The position numbers and the translations under genes are program-made. DNA of 64,000 bases. Origin: a virus. A model generated the notes under the pieces. It was not told the DNA's origin and did not search any database. It saw nothing but the letters and a program-made list of their open reading frames with translations. The stretch spans positions 32,001 to 96,000 of IMG/VR virus record IMGVR_UViG_3300036859_000864, one strand, 5' to 3'. Of the stretch, positions 1-9,369 are shown piece by piece (within the stretch, counting starts at the first letter, position 1; each line of letters starts with the position of its first letter).

Positions 1-141
1 CTTCCCGACAACTTCCCGCTTCTCGAAGCGTACGAGCGCCACCTGAACCGCTGCGTCGACGCCAGGTATAACCCCGGTCGTCTCCACGTCGAGAACGACG
101 ATCGGAACCTCCGCCCACGGACGGTTGAACAGCGCGAGCAT
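1..141 (-). CDS. DEDDh 3'-5' exonuclease (DnaQ/epsilon-like), N-terminal part; runs off the window
   Basis: Manual translation from ATG at 141 gives MLALFNRPWAEVPIVVLDVETTGVIPGVDAAVQVALVRF, containing the ExoI motif VLDVETTG. Not in the ORF track. Confidence 0.85.
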   Translation of the reverse strand, partial: MLALFNRPWAEVPIVVLDVETTGVIPGVDAAVQVALVRFEKREVVGK

Positions 142-142
142 T

Positions 143-589
143 TCAAGTGTTTCCGAGCGAAGAGCTTGGAGGTGTCTTGAGCTCTTCGATCGCACGATCG
201 AGAGCGTCGATCATGTCGGAGAAATCATCGTCGAGGAGCGCAACCAGAAAATCGCCGAGCGCTCCGCCTTCGTTCTCCGATTCTTTCTCGACGACGCGGT
301 GAGCCAACGCCCGCCACACCACATCGGTCTTCGGGCGAGGCTCATCCTCGAGCTCGTACAGACGGCTGCGTTGGATCTCGCGCTCGGTGTACCACCGCGC
401 CGACTTGAGGTCGCGAAGCGGCGTCTCCGTCGTCTTGAGCCCGCAACGCCAGAGGTACTTCACGGCGTTGGCGAGATTGCACGGGAGATGCTCGATGAGC
501 TCGATCGTCTCGATGCCGCTCTCGTGAGCATTGTAGTGCCTGGGGTGGTCGACTTTCTCGTTCGGGTCTGCGCTCTGCGTTGTGGCCAT
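143..589 (-). CDS. DUF3310 domain protein (phage, putative nucleotide kinase-like)
   Basis: VDHPRHYN...IETIELIE...NAVKYLWRCGLK...DLKSARWY matches the DUF3310 signature. Confidence 0.85.
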   Translation of the reverse strand: MATTQSADPNEKVDHPRHYNAHESGIETIELIEHLPCNLANAVKYLWRCGLKTTETPLRDLKSARWYTEREIQRSRLYELEDEPRPKTDVVWRALAHRVVEKESENEGGALGDFLVALLDDDFSDMIDALDRAIEELKTPPSSSLGNT

Positions 590-601
590 CGTTTGGGGCT
601 C

Positions 602-850
602 CTACTCCGGATCGATTTGAGGGAGGTACGCTTTCAAAATCTCAGCTACTCGACGCGCGAGGTATTCCGTCGGGTTCACGGGCACGCGCCCTCGCGGCAA
701 CGTCTCCTCGTGGAGGATTCGCACGTTGTCTATGGTAAGGCGTAGTCTGTACCCGGCGTTGCATCGAATGTCCGTCACGCCTTCGGTCTTGGCGTCGAGT
801 TCTTGAAGCTCGCGGAAGCCTTCGATCGAAAAATTGAGACGGCGGGTCAT
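602..850 (-). CDS. hypothetical protein
   Basis: 82-aa ORF, ATGA-coupled within the minus-strand operon. Confidence 0.6.
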   Translation of the reverse strand: MTRRLNFSIEGFRELQELDAKTEGVTDIRCNAGYRLRLTIDNVRILHEETLPRGRVPVNPTEYLARRVAEILKAYLPQIDPE

Positions 851-1230
851 CTGCTCCTCAACTCTTCCTCTTCGAGGAGACGCTGCGCCTCGTCGAGAGC
901 GTTGCCGCGCTCGAACCCCTTGCGCGGTATCTCGCGAAGGATCTCAGCGATGCGTGTGGCGCGCTCGGACGTCTGAACTTTGAGCGCGAGCCGTTTGCGG
1001 AGATCGGCTCCAGCTAGCTCCAACGAATCGCCGCATGCCCTGTCGTTGTTGACTTGAACGTACCAGTCCACGTTGACCCAACTCGCTGACGAGTCGGTGA
1101 CACCGGGCCGTTCTCCGAACCGGAACTCCAAGCGCACCTCGTAAAGCGCGGCTCCGGGGAACTCTTTTTCCAGCCAAGCAAGCGCGTCTTTCATCGGCTG
1201 GCTGCTGTGCGCAATCGCCGACGGGGTCAT
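847..1230 (-). CDS. hypothetical protein
   Basis: Start trimmed to ATG 1230, which overlaps the stop of the upstream small gene. Confidence 0.6.
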   Translation of the reverse strand: MTPSAIAHSSQPMKDALAWLEKEFPGAALYEVRLEFRFGERPGVTDSSASWVNVDWYVQVNNDRACGDSLELAGADLRKRLALKVQTSERATRIAEILREIPRKGFERGNALDEAQRLLEEEELRSR

Positions 1231-1400
1231 CCGGGGGGCCCCCTCAAAGCCCAAGCCAGCGCCAAACACACGCCAACGACGAGGAACGCCCCGGGCCACG
1301 TGACGCCGGCGGTCGCTGCGGTCAACTTGGCCGCGCCTTCCAACCATTCGCTGCAACCGGTCAACAGCAGCGCCGAGACGCACACGAGTAGTTTCTTCAT
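1227..1400 (-). CDS. small membrane lipoprotein (57 aa)
   Basis: Manual translation MKKLLVCVSALLLTGCSEWLEGAAKLTAATAGVTWPGAFLVVGVCLALGLALRGPPG: lipobox LTGC and C-terminal TM segment. Below the ORF-track cutoff. Confidence 0.7.
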   Translation of the reverse strand: MKKLLVCVSALLLTGCSEWLEGAAKLTAATAGVTWPGAFLVVGVCLALAWALRGPPG

Positions 1401-1653
1401 TTTCAACCGTCCTCGTCGTCCGCCACGGCATCCATTTCGGCGGTTGCCGCATCGCCGGGCCCCTGTATTGGGGGCTCATTCCGCGCTTTCCGCTCGCGCT
1501 CTTCGTTGAAATCTCGAATGGCACTCACTAGAAAGTAAGCGAGATCTGCGACGGCTTTTTCTAGAGTCCCATCGTCTTCTTCGGTTTCCGTGTAACCGGA
1601 GACCAGCTCCGAGGCTATCTCCTCCGCGTTCGAATCGCTCAAGATAGCTTTGA

Positions 1654-2031
1654 TCACCGCGGCCTCCCTGACCCTGCAAACTTTTCCTGCGCTTCGATGG
1701 CGAGGTCGAGGCACTCGAGGACGTCGAAGCCTAGATCGTCGACCCAGCGGATCGTAGAGAAGATGATGTTGCCGAGCTCCTTCTTGAGCTCACGTTCGAA
1801 GGCGAAGTGCGCGTCCGCATGGCCCCCGTTCGGATAGTTTTCGATCGAAGGGGCACCATCACGGGCCAGCCGCGCAAGGTCGCCGATCCCGACTGTCAGC
1901 CGCGTCACGATCTCTGGGAACGTGTGCCGCGTGTCGCCCCAGATCTGCCGCCCCTGAACGCGAAGGGCTGCGACGCCGGCGTGCACCGCCTCTCGTGTCC
2001 CCGAGTACACTCGCATGTCGACGCGCATCAT
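1654..2031 (-). CDS. MazG-like nucleotide pyrophosphohydrolase
   Basis: GDLARLAR...ELKKELGNIIFSTIRWVDDLGFDV resembles the all-alpha NTP-PPase motif. Confidence 0.65.
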   Translation of the reverse strand: MMRVDMRVYSGTREAVHAGVAALRVQGRQIWGDTRHTFPEIVTRLTVGIGDLARLARDGAPSIENYPNGGHADAHFAFERELKKELGNIIFSTIRWVDDLGFDVLECLDLAIEAQEKFAGSGRPR

Positions 2032-2498
2032 TTCTCACTCCTTTTCAATGTCTCGGCCAACGATTCGACTTTCTGCGCCACTTCGAGGGACACGGCGATA
2101 ACTTTCGCGCTGTGCAGAAGTTGAACGCCGCTTGGGTCACGATACTCTTCGCCGTAGATCACTTGAGCGATCCCCGCGTTGATGATGCACTTCGCGCACA
2201 TCCGGCACGGCGAGTGCGTGAGGTACATGTGCTTCTTTTTCGAGAAGTTGAAGTCGAGTTTGATGAGCGCGTTGATCTCGGCGTGGATGAAACCGCTCTG
2301 CCCCGGCTCCGGAGACTCGTGTTCGTTCGGGCCACCGGCGTAGTTCCCGTTGTAGCCGCCTGAGAGCATCTGCGTGTTGTCGGAGGAAACGATGATCGCG
2401 CCAACCTTGAGCCGAGGGTCGCAGGACCGTGCAGCGATAGTTCGGGCGATGGCCATCCACGTTTCCGGCCAGGTTGGTCGTACGGCTTGTTCACTCAT
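2028..2498 (-). CDS. dCMP deaminase (ComEB/DCD family)
   Basis: RPTW...RS-CD...KVGAIIV...GYNG...HAEINAL...THSPCRMCAKCIINAGI zinc-deaminase motifs; start trimmed to 2498. Confidence 0.92.
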   Translation of the reverse strand: MSEQAVRPTWPETWMAIARTIAARSCDPRLKVGAIIVSSDNTQMLSGGYNGNYAGGPNEHESPEPGQSGFIHAEINALIKLDFNFSKKKHMYLTHSPCRMCAKCIINAGIAQVIYGEEYRDPSGVQLLHSAKVIAVSLEVAQKVESLAETLKRSEK

Positions 2499-2676
2499 CG
2501 TCTCCGCTCCCATCATCGAACCCATCACACTTCCCGCACGCGCAGCCGTCCTCGTCGTGTTTGCTGCGCGTGCACAGGCATCGTTCGCAGACGTCGCCGC
2601 CCGAAGGCGCAGCTCGCTCGTCAATCTCGACGAGATCGTCGTCTTCGAGCAGCGATCGTCTACGGCGAGGGCTCAT
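2491..2676 (-). CDS. small Cys-rich protein
   Basis: CERCLC...H...CACGKCDGF; coupled to both neighbours. Confidence 0.55.
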   Translation of the reverse strand: MSPRRRRSLLEDDDLVEIDERAAPSGGDVCERCLCTRSKHDEDGCACGKCDGFDDGSGDDE

Positions 2677-3308
2677 TTCTTCCGGCTGCCTCCGTTGCTG
2701 TTCTTGTTCGAGGGGGTCTTCTTCTTCGGCGTGCGCGGCGCCGGCCTCGAGTCGCCACCGCCGTCACCGTCGTCGTCATCGTCGTCATCGTCATCCGAAC
2801 CGCGACTGATCGTCGCGTGAGGATCCACGAAGCGGAGCTCGGAGACCGTTTCGCCGGTGTCCTTACGGTTCTGCAAGACCGTCCAAACCGTGAACTTCTT
2901 GCCCTCGAGCGCGCGGATGAGAGGCTCGAGTTCGGTCTCGGGATCCTCGCCCAGCTCCTTCGGGATGATGTCGAGATCGACGTCGGCCGCCTCGCAGATC
3001 TGCCGCGTGCGGATCTTGTTCATCCGCTCGGCCGCAGCGGTCTTGCCGCCGAAAACGAGGAACGTCGAAAGCTCGGTGCCGAGCGCCTTCTCGAACTCCG
3101 GACCGTCCTCTTCGGTCTTCTCGAGGCGCACCGGAACGATGAGCATCGGGAACCGGTGCTCCTTCGTCGGCTGCACCTTGCACTTGCCGCGTGGGATCGA
3201 TGCCGCCCACTGACCTTCCGGCGCGTCGGGAGTGATCTCATTCACGTCGAACTTGACGCGCTGATACTCCATTTTCTTGCCGCCCTTGTTCGTAGTTGCT
3301 GATGCCAT
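2673..3308 (-). CDS. putative single-stranded DNA-binding protein (DUF669-like)
   Basis: Directly downstream of the Sak4-like ATPase; beta-rich core with a poly-Asp tail. Confidence 0.55.
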   Translation of the reverse strand: MASATTNKGGKKMEYQRVKFDVNEITPDAPEGQWAASIPRGKCKVQPTKEHRFPMLIVPVRLEKTEEDGPEFEKALGTELSTFLVFGGKTAAAERMNKIRTRQICEAADVDLDIIPKELGEDPETELEPLIRALEGKKFTVWTVLQNRKDTGETVSELRFVDPHATISRGSDDDDDDDDDGDGGGDSRPAPRTPKKKTPSNKNSNGGSRKK

Positions 3309-3390
3309 GCGATTTGTTTCTACCTTCGTTGCTGGTTCGGACGTTTGGGAAAACCTGAACGACGCAATGCCGTTCAGTCGTGAGGGGCTC

Positions 3391-4176
3391 TCAACGCGGC
3401 ACTACTTTTTGGTGCGGGCGTTTGGTTTCGATCTTGGGGCCCGGCTTGGACTTGCCGACCTTCTCGAACTCCTTGTGGAGCAGACCGACGTCGGCGTCGA
3501 TCTCGTGCGTCCCCGGGAGGTCTAGGCAGCTCGGGCCGTACACACCCACCGGGTTGACGTAGAAGCTACGCTTCGATTTGTCGGCGGAGCTCGGAGCCAT
3601 GAAGATGATGTTCGCGAACATCCCGGGGATCTCTTTGCGCGCAGCTCCGCCAAACAGCGGCGCGATGCCGACGCCGGTCTTCTCCGTCTGCCCGTCGATG
3701 AGCCCCCCGCCCGTTTCAATGTAGTGCGAGATGACGTAGATGTGCGCCTTGAAGTCGAAGCAGCGGATCAGAATGTTGATCAGCCGTTTGCGGTACTCAC
3801 GCCAGAAGCGGCGACCGTCCGACTCGCCAGCCTTGTTGCGCGTCTGGTCTTCGAGCGCGCCCTCGAGCCACGTCGCGTACAGGTTGAAGTCGTCCAGCGC
3901 GATCCACTTGTAGATGCCGTCCTTGCATCCTCTGCGCGCTTCCTTGAGCGCGTCTTCCATTTGCGTCTCGTCGCGGATGACGTCGAACTTGAACTTCGTC
4001 GAGCGCCGAGAGGCGTCGAGGAGGCCCGTCTTCTTGCCACAGTTGAGCACGTAGCCCGGACCAAACGCATCGCACGCACTCGCGATGATGCTCGTGCTCT
4101 TCCCGATGTGGGGATCTCCCAGGAAGAGGACGCGGTCGTACGGCTCGCGCTCTAGCGCGGACGCATCCAACGGCAT
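3391..4176 (-). CDS. AAA_24 / Sak4-like ssDNA-annealing ATPase
   Basis: Walker A GDPHIGKST, Walker B WIALDD, VISH motif; paired with the SSB-like gene. Confidence 0.75.
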   Translation of the reverse strand: MPLDASALEREPYDRVLFLGDPHIGKSTSIIASACDAFGPGYVLNCGKKTGLLDASRRSTKFKFDVIRDETQMEDALKEARRGCKDGIYKWIALDDFNLYATWLEGALEDQTRNKAGESDGRRFWREYRKRLINILIRCFDFKAHIYVISHYIETGGGLIDGQTEKTGVGIAPLFGGAARKEIPGMFANIIFMAPSSADKSKRSFYVNPVGVYGPSCLDLPGTHEIDADVGLLHKEFEKVGKSKPGPKIETKRPHQKVVPR

Positions 4177-4280
4177 GTACCAGACACTTTCTCTCGCCCG
4201 CAGTCACCTTCGACTTGGTGACCCTTCGACGTTGGGCAGGGATCAGTTTCTACCGAACAGCGAATGAAAGTGCAACCCCC

Positions 4281-4318
4281 AAAAGGGAACGGCAGCCCCC
4301 GTCGAAAGAGGCTGCCGT
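4281..4318 (-). terminator. intrinsic terminator-like hairpin
   Basis: Minus strand ACGGCAGCCTC-loop-GGGGCTGCCGT followed by TCCCTTTT, in a non-coding gap. Confidence 0.55.
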
Positions 4319-4393
4319 CGAGGAGCGATTCGGGAGGATCTGCTCGGAGGAGAAACATAGAGCTTTCGGAACACCTTGTCCAGCGCACGTGCG

Positions 4394-4603
4394 CTACAGA
4401 GCTCGCCACCGTCCGGCGATCGTGCGTCCTTCGCAGGCAATCCGACCTTGTTGTTTCAGAACTTGAAGGCGGATGTCGAAGTGAAGACGCGGGATTTTCC
4501 CTCTCTTCGAGATCTCTCGGCTCTTGAGCGGCCGTTCGGCGCAGCGCAGCACAGCCAGGATCTTGGCATCCACCGCGCTCCAGTCTTTTCGAACGTAGGT
4601 CAC
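4394..4603 (-). CDS. small winged-helix DNA-binding protein
   Basis: ILAVLR...PLKSREIS...LQVLKQQGRI...RW wHTH pattern; GTG start at 4603. Confidence 0.55.
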   Translation of the reverse strand: MTYVRKDWSAVDAKILAVLRCAERPLKSREISKRGKIPRLHFDIRLQVLKQQGRIACEGRTIAGRWRAL

Positions 4604-4863
4604 CAGTGCCGCCGCCGTTTTCGCTCCGCGGTCGCCATTCGGTATCCTTTTTCGGTGAGCCCGATCGCGACGGGAACCCCGCCGTCGTACAGCGGGTACA
4701 ACACGACCACACCGTTCTTGACGAGCAGATCGAGGAACTCGCGCGTGACGTCCATGAGCCCGAGCTCTGGCGAGTTGACGTGCATCGTGTAGCCGTTCTT
4801 CTGATAGTAGCGTTTCAGAAGGCGGCAGACATCGTAGACGTCGGGGGTCACCTGAGCGTTCAC
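4600..4863 (-). CDS. small winged-helix-like protein
   Basis: [10 protein letters not shown]...IGLTEKG pattern. Confidence 0.5.
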   Translation of the reverse strand: MNAQVTPDVYDVCRLLKRYYQKNGYTMHVNSPELGLMDVTREFLDLLVKNGVVVLYPLYDGGVPVAIGLTEKGYRMATAERKRRRHW

Positions 4864-6263
4864 CTGCCCAACTGCGCGTCGCAGAGCTCTTCGACGGTCG
4901 AGGTTTCTGAGGGCGAGCCGGCGAGTTGATCATCGAGTCGAGCCACGATCGATGCGACCACCGCCAGACTGCGCTCCGCCAATGCTTTCAAGAAGACCTC
5001 CGAGACGGTCTCGTCGGGCAGGCTTCGAACAGGAACGACTCCACCGCAACGATCGATCTGCTGTTCGAACGCATCTCGTAGCGCGTAGCGTACGGCGTCG
5101 ATGCGCTCGCCTTCCGAGATGTCCTTCTCTTTTCCGAGAGTGAAAAATTGCCACTCGCCTATCGGGCACTTCCAATCCGCTCGTGGATAGTGCTCACGTC
5201 GCGGTCGTTTGCACTTGCCGCAAACTTCGTCGAGACCGGCCTCGGTCCACTCGTGAGGGAGTGCCGCCGTCTTCGAAAGCGAGACGGCAGTACGAAGCTC
5301 GGCTTGCGCGGCCTCACGCTCTCGACGGTGAGCCTGGTAGCCGTCACCTGATTTGCCGTAGAGCGCGACAATCTTCTCTGCCGCTGCTACAATCATTCTG
5401 TCGCGGTAGCCGGAGACGTCTTTCGCTCGAAACGCTTCGAGCTCACGTCGAATCTTGAGCACCTCCATATACGACGCCGACCACCCGTAGTCGCCAGGCT
5501 TCACTTCTTGCTCGACCGAACCGTCGAGCGCTGCGACGCCGCACCCGGCCAGTTGCACCTCGGTGCGTTTGAGGCGTGCTTTCAACTCTGCTAGTTCGGT
5601 CTCTTGTGCGGTTTGGGGTGCGAACGATGTGAAAGCGTGCGCGTCGGCGGCGTCCGTGAGAATTTTAGGTTTCAGCGTTTCTCCCAACTCCGCCTCGGAC
5701 CACGCCTCCCAGTGATTTTTCCCGCGAAGAAACCAGATGCGCCGGCCGAGCTCCTCGATCATGGCGATAGGCAGCGAGATCGTATTCTCCGGCGTCACGT
5801 CTACGATGCCGGTTACCGGACGTGTGGCAACGAGCTGCTTCATGAAAGCATCGTCCAAACCGAGCTGCTCGTTCGCGCTAGGCGCGAGCGCCTCTCGTTT
5901 CTCGTGTTGCCGTCGCCGACACCGCTCGATGACTTCCGGTTGTTGGATTCGGACCATCTCGGTCTCGAACGCCTCGTCGGCGTCGATCTTGAGGGCTGCG
6001 GCCATCGCGTAGAGCGTCACCATCGTGCCCGCGATCTCTTGCTCTGGCTTTCCGGCCGGACGACCCATTACGTAATCGACGAGCCGATGAAGCGTCGCCG
6101 CGTCTGTGCCGCATGCCTGCGCCAGCTCAAGGCCCTCCTCAGCGGTGCGTAGCGACCGTTCCAGTACGTCGTTGGCCTCCTTTTCGGTGAAGACCTCACG
6201 AACCCAACCGGTGACACGAAACTGCTTGGTAGCCTTGAAGCTCAAATCGGAAACAGTCGTCAT
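4860..6263 (-). CDS. multidomain protein with N-terminal MazG-like NTP pyrophosphatase domain
   Basis: [18 protein letters not shown]...[11 protein letters not shown]...[10 protein letters not shown]; the C-terminal part has a CxxC-x5-H zinc motif; start trimmed to 6263. Confidence 0.6.
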   Translation of the reverse strand: MTTVSDLSFKATKQFRVTGWVREVFTEKEANDVLERSLRTAEEGLELAQACGTDAATLHRLVDYVMGRPAGKPEQEIAGTMVTLYAMAAALKIDADEAFETEMVRIQQPEVIERCRRRQHEKREALAPSANEQLGLDDAFMKQLVATRPVTGIVDVTPENTISLPIAMIEELGRRIWFLRGKNHWEAWSEAELGETLKPKILTDAADAHAFTSFAPQTAQETELAELKARLKRTEVQLAGCGVAALDGSVEQEVKPGDYGWSASYMEVLKIRRELEAFRAKDVSGYRDRMIVAAAEKIVALYGKSGDGYQAHRREREAAQAELRTAVSLSKTAALPHEWTEAGLDEVCGKCKRPRREHYPRADWKCPIGEWQFFTLGKEKDISEGERIDAVRYALRDAFEQQIDRCGGVVPVRSLPDETVSEVFLKALAERSLAVVASIVARLDDQLAGSPSETSTVEELCDAQLGR

Positions 6264-6511
6264 CGTAACCACCTCCAGATCAACAGGCCGAGAAGAATTC
6301 CGAGCGCCACAGAGATCAGACGCCCCGTGATGTTTCGAGGCACCGCCTGGTAGTGACACACCCAATTCCTACCGGAATTTATGGCGTATCGGGCCGTCTC
6401 CATTTGCCCAAACACTGCCGCGTCGCTTGGACTGAACGGGCCCTGCTCCACGCTGCGCGTCTCCTCCGGATCCGTCAGCGTGCGAAACTCGAAGCGGTAG
6501 TAGCGCCGCAT
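6260..6511 (-). CDS. hypothetical membrane protein
   Basis: C-terminal hydrophobic helix; coupled start. Confidence 0.5.
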   Translation of the reverse strand: MRRYYRFEFRTLTDPEETRSVEQGPFSPSDAAVFGQMETARYAINSGRNWVCHYQAVPRNITGRLISVALGILLGLLIWRWLR

Positions 6512-6807
6512 CACTCTTCCTCCAACGCGGATCGGATTTTCCGTTCTTGTAGTCCTTTGCGTAGAAAGGTGACGGCTCTGTCGACGCGATACACGAAGCA
6601 CACCATCCAAAACGCACCGCCCACGACGCATCCCCAGTTCAAAGCTATTGAGCGCACGTGTTCGCTACCAAACAGCCAGGTGAAGAAACCCACGACGGCC
6701 GCGACGATGATGAAGACCAATCCTCCGTTCAGAGTCGCGTTCACTGAGGCCACCAGCAAAATGACGATCACGGCGAGAGCTATGAGAAACGACTCCTTGA
6801 ACTTCAA
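6511..6807 (-). CDS. membrane protein (3 TM)
   Basis: Three hydrophobic segments. Confidence 0.6.
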   Translation of the reverse strand: MKFKESFLIALAVIVILLVASVNATLNGGLVFIIVAAVVGFFTWLFGSEHVRSIALNWGCVVGGAFWMVCFVYRVDRAVTFLRKGLQERKIRSALEEE

Positions 6808-7151
6808 GCTAGCCCCACCTTCTGTTTGCCGCCGAAGATGCGGTCGTAACCTTTGCGGTACGCGGGGGTCGCGACCTGTGGGGGTCCGTCGCTGGTCCCG
6901 CGCTTTTGAACCTCGAGCGTTTCGATCGGCGTCGCGGCGGGTTCGCTCTCGTGGCGGTAGTGCACGTTCACGTCATGCCACCCGTCAGAATCCGGTTCGC
7001 CTAGCGAAATGAGTTCGGCTCCTTTCGGGATAGGTTGCCCTTCCTTGAGTCCTCCGAAGACGCCGGTTGAGATCTCGTCACCGCGCCGGCGAATCGTCGA
7101 ACGCTGGCCGGACGGTGTCTCAGGCCCTAGCCGTATCTGATCCTTCTTCAT
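6804..7151 (-). CDS. hypothetical protein
   Basis: ATG 7151 is coupled; ends GPPQVATPAYRKGYDRIF, which from memory resembles myxobacterial hypotheticals (unverified). Confidence 0.6.
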   Translation of the reverse strand: MKKDQIRLGPETPSGQRSTIRRRGDEISTGVFGGLKEGQPIPKGAELISLGEPDSDGWHDVNVHYRHESEPAATPIETLEVQKRGTSDGPPQVATPAYRKGYDRIFGGKQKVGLA

Positions 7152-7444
7152 TGCAATTTCCCTCCGCAAAAAGGGCAGTGGTTGAAGACGGCGTACTGAC
7201 CCCGCCGCGCGAAATAGACTACCTCGGTACCGGCGGGTTTGCCCGTCGCGCTGAACGAGAGCCCCTCGTAGATACCGATGGGCTTGTCGTCCTCCTTCGC
7301 GACGGAGAGCACGGCTGACATGAGTGCGCACCGGCGCTTCTTCGTGCAGGGACCTTTGTAGGCCGCGATGTGCGTCTCGGCGTGTTCGCGGAGCGTGAGT
7401 TTCTTCGGACGCTTCGGTGCGTTGATCGGGGTATCGGTTTTCAC
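7148..7444 (-). CDS. hypothetical protein with C-terminal CPFCG zinc motif
   Basis: FNHCPFCGGKL; GTG start coupled. Confidence 0.55.
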   Translation of the reverse strand: MKTDTPINAPKRPKKLTLREHAETHIAAYKGPCTKKRRCALMSAVLSVAKEDDKPIGIYEGLSFSATGKPAGTEVVYFARRGQYAVFNHCPFCGGKLQ

Positions 7445-8044
7445 GGCGAACCTCCGCATATAGCCGAACATCCGACTTCGACGGCACCGACTACATCGCG
7501 CGCGCAGTAGATTTGAACATCCCACACCACGGCCTCGCGCCCGTCGCCCCACCACAACCACGCATGCAGCCGATCACCTCGAGTCTCGCCGACGAGCGCG
7601 GGCGCACGCGCTAACAGTACGTCGCGCTCCGCCCGCACGGCGTCGAGCTCGTTGAGCAACGCGGCAGCCTGATCCGCCTCGAGAACGGCGTAGTCGTGAC
7701 GGTACTCGCGTATCGCCTTCTCGTTCTCCGGCGTCAGCCGCGGTAGGTTCACGGCCAAGTTCTCCCTCGAAGACGATTCGCTGCCGAGCGCGTTGCGAGT
7801 TCTTGTGCTTCGAGGCGCTTCGCTTCGCGGCCCACCACATCCGCAAGTATCTGCCGGAAGCCGACGAGCTCCAAGAGCGCGTCGACGGGCGGCTCATCAG
7901 ACACAGGACCCCGCGGTGTCAGCGCGTCGAACGTGGCCGCGATCCCATTCGCGACATCCTTCGACACGAAAACACCGAGGATGTTACGGCCTTGCCAGAG
8001 AACGGCGAAACTCTCACGCCCTGAGGGGCCCTGATTCGACAGTT

Positions 8045-8770
8045 CTACGTAACAGGCTTCACCGCAGTAGAACCCATCGTCGTTGAGTCTTGAGTTGCGC
8101 ATAGTTCCTCTTTCGTTCGGTTTCTTTCGAATTCGCGGAATTGACGTAGGGCTGCTAGTTCGACCGGAGATCGCGGATCAGAGCCGCCAGCTCGTGCCAC
8201 CAGATGTTCTGCGGCGGCCGGTTCTGAAACACCGTCGCGAGCTTCGGGTACTTCGACCATACGATCGTTTCCTTCAGGTGCCGCGCCGCTTCCGTCTTCG
8301 CCGCTTCCTCCGCGTCTTTCATCTTTCTCGACCTCCGGATTGTAGATTGCGAAGCGCCGCCGCTGCTGCCGGTACGTCAGCGAGCGGAAGCGCTCGTTGT
8401 CTTCACGGCACGCATCGTCGAGCGTGTCGATGTTGTCGAGTAGAGCCCACAGCTCATCGCGCTGCTTGCAAATCTCGTTGTATGTGACCTCGGCCCGAGA
8501 CGGGGTAGGCTGTTTTAGCGAAGGAGGCACCAACGTCGAACGACGCTTCAGACAATCGGCGACGTCATCCGCCATTGCTTCGATGCCGGCGTTGAAGCCA
8601 TTTCGGTAGGCGATACGGGTAGCCTCGACACCGGCGACGGTCATCTGCGCTTTCTCACGCTCGAACTCCGCGGTGACACGATCGAACTCGCTCTTCATCG
8701 AGAGACGTTCGGCCTCGAGCGCGCGGGCGACGGCGGCGTCGCGTTCTTCTTTCAGATCTCGGTATCTCAT
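8045..8770 (-). CDS. coiled-coil hypothetical protein
   Basis: ATG 8770 is coupled; the 3' part overlaps a nested ORF at 8155-8322. Confidence 0.5.
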   Translation of the reverse strand: MRYRDLKEERDAAVARALEAERLSMKSEFDRVTAEFEREKAQMTVAGVEATRIAYRNGFNAGIEAMADDVADCLKRRSTLVPPSLKQPTPSRAEVTYNEICKQRDELWALLDNIDTLDDACREDNERFRSLTYRQQRRRFAIYNPEVEKDERRGGSGEDGSGAAPEGNDRMVEVPEARDGVSEPAAAEHLVARAGGSDPRSPVELAALRQFREFERNRTKEELCATQDSTTMGSTAVKPVT

Positions 8771-8912
8771 CGTCTGCACTCGCAATGTTCCCGCGCGTGA
8801 CGTTGCGCGATCTCTTCGGGGCTTTCGTAGACGAACGCCACGTACATCACGACCCACATCGTGACGAGAGCGACAGTCCAGAGCAGGATCCGAAATAGAA
8901 CTCGAAGCAGCG

Positions 8913-9110
8913 TCATCGCTTTTTCGCGCGTTTGGGCTTCACGATGCCGAGCTCCGTTTCGAGGACGGCCGCGCCGCGTTCGATCGCCGCGCGAATCGCG
9001 TGTGACCTCGAGAGATGTGCTCCCGCGGCCCGCTCGGACATGACCTCGGCGATCCGATCCATACGTACGAGCAGTTCGTCGGAGAATCGAATGGCGCGGG
9101 GCTGTGTCAT
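8913..9110 (-). CDS. ribbon-helix-helix (CopG-like) regulator
   Basis: AIRFSDELLVRMDRIA...SRSHAIRAAIERG. Confidence 0.75.
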   Translation of the reverse strand: MTQPRAIRFSDELLVRMDRIAEVMSERAAGAHLSRSHAIRAAIERGAAVLETELGIVKPKRAKKR

Positions 9111-9150
9111 GCGGGAGTTACTCTGTATTAGCCCGTATCCGAAGTCAAGG
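9111..9150 (-). promoter_or_regulatory. putative sigma70-type promoter of the RHH gene
   Basis: TTGACT-17 nt-CAGAGT, 9 nt before the ATG. Confidence 0.4.
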
Positions 9151-9369
9151 GGGTCGCTGGCGTTTCGGGACTCGGCGTCAAAAATGGCAGGATACGATCG
9201 AGCCGAAGGACACCGCGACGTGCGGCGCTCGTCAACAGTACGGCCAGCTCGGCTTCACAATCACGCGATACTTCGAGCCGTGCGAACAGCCTAGGGTCTT
9301 CTATGACATCGCCGCTGTAGAAGTCTGCGCCTGAACCCAAAACTCGCTCTCGAATCTGTTTGGACATTT

